From assembly GCA_963663035.1 (NCBI GenBank), contig OY760074.1, positions 1,760,001 to 1,824,000 on the forward strand: a stretch of DNA of 64,000 bases. The letters are read 5' to 3'. The notes beneath the pieces are model-generated. The model was not told the DNA's origin, searched no databases, and worked only from the letters and a program-made list of their open reading frames with translations. Positions 59,126 to 64,000 of the stretch are shown here, one piece after another. Origin of the DNA: Acidobacteriota bacterium (GTDB lineage: Bacteria > Acidobacteriota > UBA6911 > RPQK01 > JADFOI01). How positions within the stretch are numbered: position 1 is the first letter of the stretch; each line of letters opens with the position of its first letter. A program made the position numbers and the translations under genes.

Positions 59126-61006
59126 ATGAAGAAGCACCAGTTTTGGATGGCAGCTGCAGCCCTAGCGGCGAGCATCAGTTTCGGCTCTGCCCAGCAGGCT
59201 GCGGACACGATTTTGCACAACGGTAAGGTTCTGACCGTGGACGCGAATTTCAGCATTGCAGAGGCGGTGGCGGTTCGCGGCGACCAGATTCTGGCGGTGG
59301 GAACCAACAATGAGATTCTGCGGCTGGCCGGCCCCGACACGGTCAGGATTGACTTGAAGGGGAGAACGCTGACGCCGGGACTCGTCCATACCCACGTGCA
59401 TCAGGAGTCCCCAGGGGGTTATGGCAGCGACCTGACCGCCGCGCAGCGCAAGCGATATCCTATAAACTTCAGACTGGTGAAGACCAAGGACGACGTCCTC
59501 AAACAGATCGAGGACATTATTGCGGCCTTCCCTTTCCAGCCGGGCGAGTGGATCCAGTTCTCCACCAATCCAAGGGGAGATCAGGCTCGGATGCTCTATG
59601 ACGAGCTGGACCGGTGGGAACTAGACAAGGCCGCTCCAGACAATCCGATTGCCTTGTCCATGGGAATACCGATCCTGAACATGGCGCTGGTCAACAGTAA
59701 GGCCATTGAAGCACTGTGGGACAGGTATGGCGACTTTGTTGAAACCTACGGGCGTTACTGGCTCGATTCCTCGGGCAGGCCCGATGGCCATCTGGAGCCT
59801 CCCGCCGTCCGTACCCTTATTCAAGAGTTTATGCCGAAGCCCGACGTCGAACTCATGGCCCCGCTCTACAAGAAGACTCTCCAGGAACGGGCAGCAGTGG
59901 GTGTGACCACCATGTCGGGGGGGCTCCATAAATTCTCTGTGGATGTCTATAAATGGCTCGATGCCCGCGGTGAAATGCCGCTGAGATATGGCTACGGTGT
60001 AGCCTGGACGTTTGGGATGCCAGGCATGGACATGAAGCAGTACGAAATGGGCGGAGGTAGCGACACGGTCTGGATCACTTCGATGAGTCCCCGGGCAATT
60101 GACGGGTCGGGCTCCAGAATGTGCGTTTCGATCGAGAGAGACTCCCAGGCAGTGACCGATGTTGCGGGAGAAGTCAGTGGAATGATGGGACTCTCTGCCA
60201 TCTCCGAGTGGTGGCCGCGCGGCCAATGCCACATGGATATTGAGTACAGTGGAGGGACCCGGGGGGCCAGCCTGAAGGGCAACTATTACCCCGAGTGGTT
60301 CGGCGAGGTTGCCGCACAAGGTCTGCGCTCAGCCAACAATCACACCTCCGGGGATGAGTCCCACTCCCGCTATATTTCGACGCTGGAAAGTATCGACCGG
60401 GAGAATCCGGGAGCAGTCAAAGGCTGGGCCATGGACCACTGTGATCTGATCAGGCCCGAGGACCTTCCACGCGCGGCAAAGCTCGGAATAATGTTCAGCT
60501 GCGACATCAGGTTCGGCGTCTCGGAGGGCTTCTCCGATGCCAAGGCCGCGGCCTTTGGCGAGGAGGTGGTACACAACTATGCGGTACCGATCAAGTCGAT
60601 GCTCGACCTGGGCATTAACGTCTCTCAGGAGGGACAGTGGGACGGTGTGGAACTCATGATCACGCGCAAGGACGGACAGGGCAAGGTCTGGGGACCCGAT
60701 CAACGAGTAGACCGCGAGACTGCCCTGAGGATCTCCACCCAGAACGGAGCCAATTATGTCCTGAAAGGCGACAAGCTTGGCTCCATCGAGCCGGGCAAGC
60801 TGGCCGACCTGGTGGTCATCGACAGCGATTACCTGTCGATGCCCGAGGACGATATCGCTGACATTCAATCCCTACTGACCCTGTTGGGGGGCAAATTCAT
60901 CTTCGTGCGCTCCGATTTTGCCGACGAGCAAAACCTGAGGCCAGCCGGCGCGCTCATCAGCACCTTGGAGGATTTGCAGAAGCGACGCCCGGCGAGAAAC
61001 TTTTAA
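59126..61006 (+). CDS. secreted amidohydrolase, paralogue 4
   Basis: Same motifs; 4-aa insertion near GVSEGFSDAK. Confidence 0.9.
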   Translation: MKKHQFWMAAAALAASISFGSAQQAADTILHNGKVLTVDANFSIAEAVAVRGDQILAVGTNNEILRLAGPDTVRIDLKGRTLTPGLVHTHVHQESPGGYGSDLTAAQRKRYPINFRLVKTKDDVLKQIEDIIAAFPFQPGEWIQFSTNPRGDQARMLYDELDRWELDKAAPDNPIALSMGIPILNMALVNSKAIEALWDRYGDFVETYGRYWLDSSGRPDGHLEPPAVRTLIQEFMPKPDVELMAPLYKKTLQERAAVGVTTMSGGLHKFSVDVYKWLDARGEMPLRYGYGVAWTFGMPGMDMKQYEMGGGSDTVWITSMSPRAIDGSGSRMCVSIERDSQAVTDVAGEVSGMMGLSAISEWWPRGQCHMDIEYSGGTRGASLKGNYYPEWFGEVAAQGLRSANNHTSGDESHSRYISTLESIDRENPGAVKGWAMDHCDLIRPEDLPRAAKLGIMFSCDIRFGVSEGFSDAKAAAFGEEVVHNYAVPIKSMLDLGINVSQEGQWDGVELMITRKDGQGKVWGPDQRVDRETALRISTQNGANYVLKGDKLGSIEPGKLADLVVIDSDYLSMPEDDIADIQSLLTLLGGKFIFVRSDFADEQNLRPAGALISTLEDLQKRRPARNF

Positions 61007-61068
61007 CGTTTGGAAGTCTATAACCACAGCCCTCTGACGGGCACCGAAGAAAACAGGGAGAGATTACC

Positions 61069-62937
61069 ATGAAGAAGCACCAGTTTTGGATGGCGGCTGC
61101 AGCCATAGCAGCGAGCATCAGTTTCGGCTCTGCCCAGCAGCCTGCCGACACGATTTTTCACAACGGCAAGGTTTTGACCGTGGACGCGAATTTCAGCGTT
61201 GCCGAAGCGGTGGCAGTTCGCGGCGACCAGATTCTGGCGGTGGGAACCAACACTGAGATTCTGCGGCTGGCCGGCCCCGACACGGTCAGGATTGACTTGA
61301 AGGGAAGAACGCTGACGCCGGGGCTCATCCATACCCACGTCCATCAGGAATCCCCCGGGGGTTACGGCAGCGACCTGACCGCCGCGCAGCACGCGCGATA
61401 TCCTTTGAACTTCAGAACTGTCACAACCAAAGACGACGTCCTCAAACAGATTGCGGACATTATTTCGGCCTTCCAGATCCCGCCGGGCGAGTGGATTAAC
61501 TTCTCCACCAACCCGAGAGGAGATCAGGCCAGGATGCTCTATGACGAGCTGGACCGGTGGGAGCTGGACAAGGTCTCTCCAGACAATCCTATTGGTTTGT
61601 CCATGGGAATACCGATCCTGAACATGGCGCTGGTCAACAGCTTGGCCATTGAAGCGCTGTGGGACAAGTATGGCGACTTCGTTGAGACCTACGGGCGCTA
61701 CTGGCTTGATTCCTCCGGCCGACCCGACGGTCATCTGGAGCCACCGGCCGTCCGCACCCTTGTTCAAGAGTTTATGCCGGAGCCCGATGTCGAACTCATG
61801 GCCCCACTCTATAAGTTGGCTCTCCAGGAACGGGCAGCCTTGGGTGTCACCACCATGTCGGGGGGTCTTCATAAATTCTCTGTGGATGTCTATCAATGGC
61901 TCGACGCCCGCGGTGAAATGCCGCTGAGATATGGCTACGGTGTAGCTTGGACGTTTGGGATGCCAGGCGCGGACATGACTCAGTACGAAATGGGCGGCGG
62001 CACCGACACCGTCTGGATCACTTCGATGAGTCCACGGGCGGTTGACGGATCGGGTTCCAGAATGTGCATTTCGCTTGACAGAAACTCCGACGCAGTGACC
62101 GCTGCTGCGGGAGAAGTCAGTGGGATGATGGGACTCTCTGCCATCTCCGAGTGGTGGCCGCGCGGCCAATGCCACATGGACATCGAGTACAGTGGAGGTT
62201 CCCGGGGAGCAAGTCTGAAGGGCAACTACTTCCCGGAGTGGTACAACGAGGTCGCCCGGGACGGTCTGCGCACCGCCAATACTCACATGTCTGGAGATGA
62301 GTCCCACACACGCTATCTTTCAGCGATGGAACGAATCGACCAGGCCAATCCGGGATCGGTCAAAGGCTGGGGCATGGACCATTGTGATTTGATCAGGCCC
62401 GATGACATCCCACGAGCGGCAAAACTCGGACTGATGTGGAGTTGCGACCTTGGAGACGCCGTCTCGACGCCTGTGGCCGCGGCCTTTGGCGATCAAGTGC
62501 TGCACACCTATGCCGTACCGATCAAGTCGATGCTGGATGCCGGCATTAACGTCTCCCAGGAGGGGGAGTGGAACGGTATTGAACTCATGATCACGCGCAA
62601 GGACAGAGACGGCAAGGTTTGGGGGCCCGATCAACGGTTGGACCGGGAGACCGCCCTGAGAGTCTCCACCCAGAACGGGGCCAATTATGTCCTGAAAGGC
62701 GACAAGCTCGGCTCCATCGAGCCCGGCAAACTGGCCGACCTGGTGGTCATCGACAGCGATTTCCTGTCGATGCCGGAAGAGGATATTTCTGAAATCGAAT
62801 CCCTGCTGACCCTGTTGGGAGGCAAATTCATTTTCGTGCACTCCGATTTTGCCGACGAACAGAACTTGAGGCCAGCCGGCGCGCTCATCAGCACGTTGGA
62901 GGGCTTGCAGAGCCGACGCCCGGCGAGAGGCTTCTAG
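61069..62937 (+). CDS. secreted amidohydrolase, paralogue 5
   Basis: Same motifs, 622 aa. Confidence 0.9.
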   Translation: MKKHQFWMAAAAIAASISFGSAQQPADTIFHNGKVLTVDANFSVAEAVAVRGDQILAVGTNTEILRLAGPDTVRIDLKGRTLTPGLIHTHVHQESPGGYGSDLTAAQHARYPLNFRTVTTKDDVLKQIADIISAFQIPPGEWINFSTNPRGDQARMLYDELDRWELDKVSPDNPIGLSMGIPILNMALVNSLAIEALWDKYGDFVETYGRYWLDSSGRPDGHLEPPAVRTLVQEFMPEPDVELMAPLYKLALQERAALGVTTMSGGLHKFSVDVYQWLDARGEMPLRYGYGVAWTFGMPGADMTQYEMGGGTDTVWITSMSPRAVDGSGSRMCISLDRNSDAVTAAAGEVSGMMGLSAISEWWPRGQCHMDIEYSGGSRGASLKGNYFPEWYNEVARDGLRTANTHMSGDESHTRYLSAMERIDQANPGSVKGWGMDHCDLIRPDDIPRAAKLGLMWSCDLGDAVSTPVAAAFGDQVLHTYAVPIKSMLDAGINVSQEGEWNGIELMITRKDRDGKVWGPDQRLDRETALRVSTQNGANYVLKGDKLGSIEPGKLADLVVIDSDFLSMPEEDISEIESLLTLLGGKFIFVHSDFADEQNLRPAGALISTLEGLQSRRPARGF

Positions 62938-62970
62938 GAAGGGGCATTTCAACAACAAGGAGCAATCACC

Positions 62971-64000
62971 ATGAAGAAGCACCAGTTCTGGATGGCAGCT
63001 GCAGCCATAGCAGCGAGCATCAGTTTCGGCTCTGCCCAGCAGACTGCGGATACCATTTTTCACAACGGCAAGGTTCTGACCGTTGACGAAAATTCCAGCG
63101 TTGCCGAGGCGGTGGCGGTTCGCGGCACCCAAATACTGGCGGTGGGAACCAACAATGAGGTTCTCCGCCTGGCCGGCCCCGACACGGTCAGGATTGACTT
63201 GAAGGGGAGAACGGTGACGCCGGGGCTGATCCATACCCACGTGCATTCGGAATCACCCGGGGGTTATGGCGGTGACCTGTCTGCCGCGCAGCTCAAGCGA
63301 TTTCCGGTGAACTTCAGAGACGTCACAACCAAGGACGACGTCATCAAGCAGATGAAGGACATTATTGCGGCCTTCCAGATCAAGCCGGGCGAGTGGGTCG
63401 CCTTCACCGGCAATCCGCGGGGAGATCAGGCTAGACTGCTCTGGGACGACCTGAACCGGTGGGAACTGGACAAGGCCGCTCCAGACAATCCGATCTCTCT
63501 GTCGGGGGGTATTCCCGTCGTAAACATGATGCTGCTCAACAGTAAGGCCCTGGACCAGCTGTGGGCCAAGTATGGAGACTTCATTGAAACCTACGGGCGT
63601 TACTGGATCGACGCCTCCGGCCGTCCCGATGGCCACCTGGAGGCTCCGGCCGTCCGTATCCTTCTGGAGGATGATGACTTTGTGCCGAATGCCGCGCCCC
63701 AGGACGTGGGTCCACTCTTCAAGAATGTTCTAGAGGAACGGTCAGCAGCGGGTATCACGACCATTTCAGGGGGCCTACACACCTCCAGCGTCCGGGTCTA
63801 TCAATGGCTCGACGCCCGAGGCGAAATGCCGCTGAGATATGCCTACGGTGTCATGTCGACATTTGGATTCCCAGACAGAGACAACAAGCAGTTCAAAATG
63901 GGCGCCGGCACCGACATGGTGTGGATCAGTTCGATGAGTGCGCGGGCGGTCGACGGGGCGGGCTCCAGAATGTGCATTTCGATCGAGAGAGACTCCCAGG
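62971..64000 (+). CDS. secreted amidohydrolase, paralogue 6 (partial, runs off the window; not in the ORF track)
   Basis: atgaagaagcaccagttctgg at 62971 after RBS aaggag; open to the edge; most divergent copy (HSESPGG, LLEDDDFVPNAAP). Confidence 0.88.
   Translation, partial: MKKHQFWMAAAAIAASISFGSAQQTADTIFHNGKVLTVDENSSVAEAVAVRGTQILAVGTNNEVLRLAGPDTVRIDLKGRTVTPGLIHTHVHSESPGGYGGDLSAAQLKRFPVNFRDVTTKDDVIKQMKDIIAAFQIKPGEWVAFTGNPRGDQARLLWDDLNRWELDKAAPDNPISLSGGIPVVNMMLLNSKALDQLWAKYGDFIETYGRYWIDASGRPDGHLEAPAVRILLEDDDFVPNAAPQDVGPLFKNVLEERSAAGITTISGGLHTSSVRVYQWLDARGEMPLRYAYGVMSTFGFPDRDNKQFKMGAGTDMVWISSMSARAVDGAGSRMCISIERDSQ

Noticed and set aside
53991-63246. Long antisense ORFs (up to 674 aa) across the array
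   Set aside because: Shadow frames of GC-rich sense genes; their starts and stops are not conserved between paralogues
53202-64000. Diversity-generating retroelement or CRISPR array as the source of variation
   Set aside because: No reverse transcriptase or cas genes in the window, differences are not adenine-specific, and the repeats are whole genes

Overview
Bacterial chromosomal window, probably Acidobacteriota (inferred from the fused LptF-LptG, futalosine-pathway MqnC and kinase-TPR/TolB relics; not proven). In order: (1) the decaying front end of a polysaccharide locus: ugd with a large internal deletion, a UpxY/NusG antiterminator, a sigma54 response regulator split by a complete IS256 with a 9-bp TSD, a sigma54 promoter with an upstream palindrome, and galE; (2) a partial complex I operon nuoA-I, lipB, lptFG and a desaturase; (3) an accessory patch where small cargo genes sit between relics of Ser/Thr kinase genes; (4) a ~16 kb cluster of 7 radical SAM genes (4 B12-binding, one dead; 3 SPASM/twitch) mixed with 2 GT2 and 3 GT-C-like membrane glycosyltransferases; (5) M48 protease, rhomboid, ahcY, metK, argRGHF, mqnC, acyl-CoA dehydrogenase and ogt; (6) a PQQ dehydrogenase divergent from a tandem array of at least 6 secreted amidohydrolase paralogues that are sequence mosaics of each other and run off the window. 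Several small repeat families occur: a GTGG-type REP (two copies translated inside NuoE), a ~196-bp TA-flanked structured MITE-like element with compensatory changes, heptamer-plus-hairpin spacers and a 34-bp perfect hairpin. The best candidates for undescribed biology are the radical SAM/glycosyltransferase cluster, the mosaic amidohydrolase array and the covarying element. All calls come from reading motifs by eye; no searches were run.
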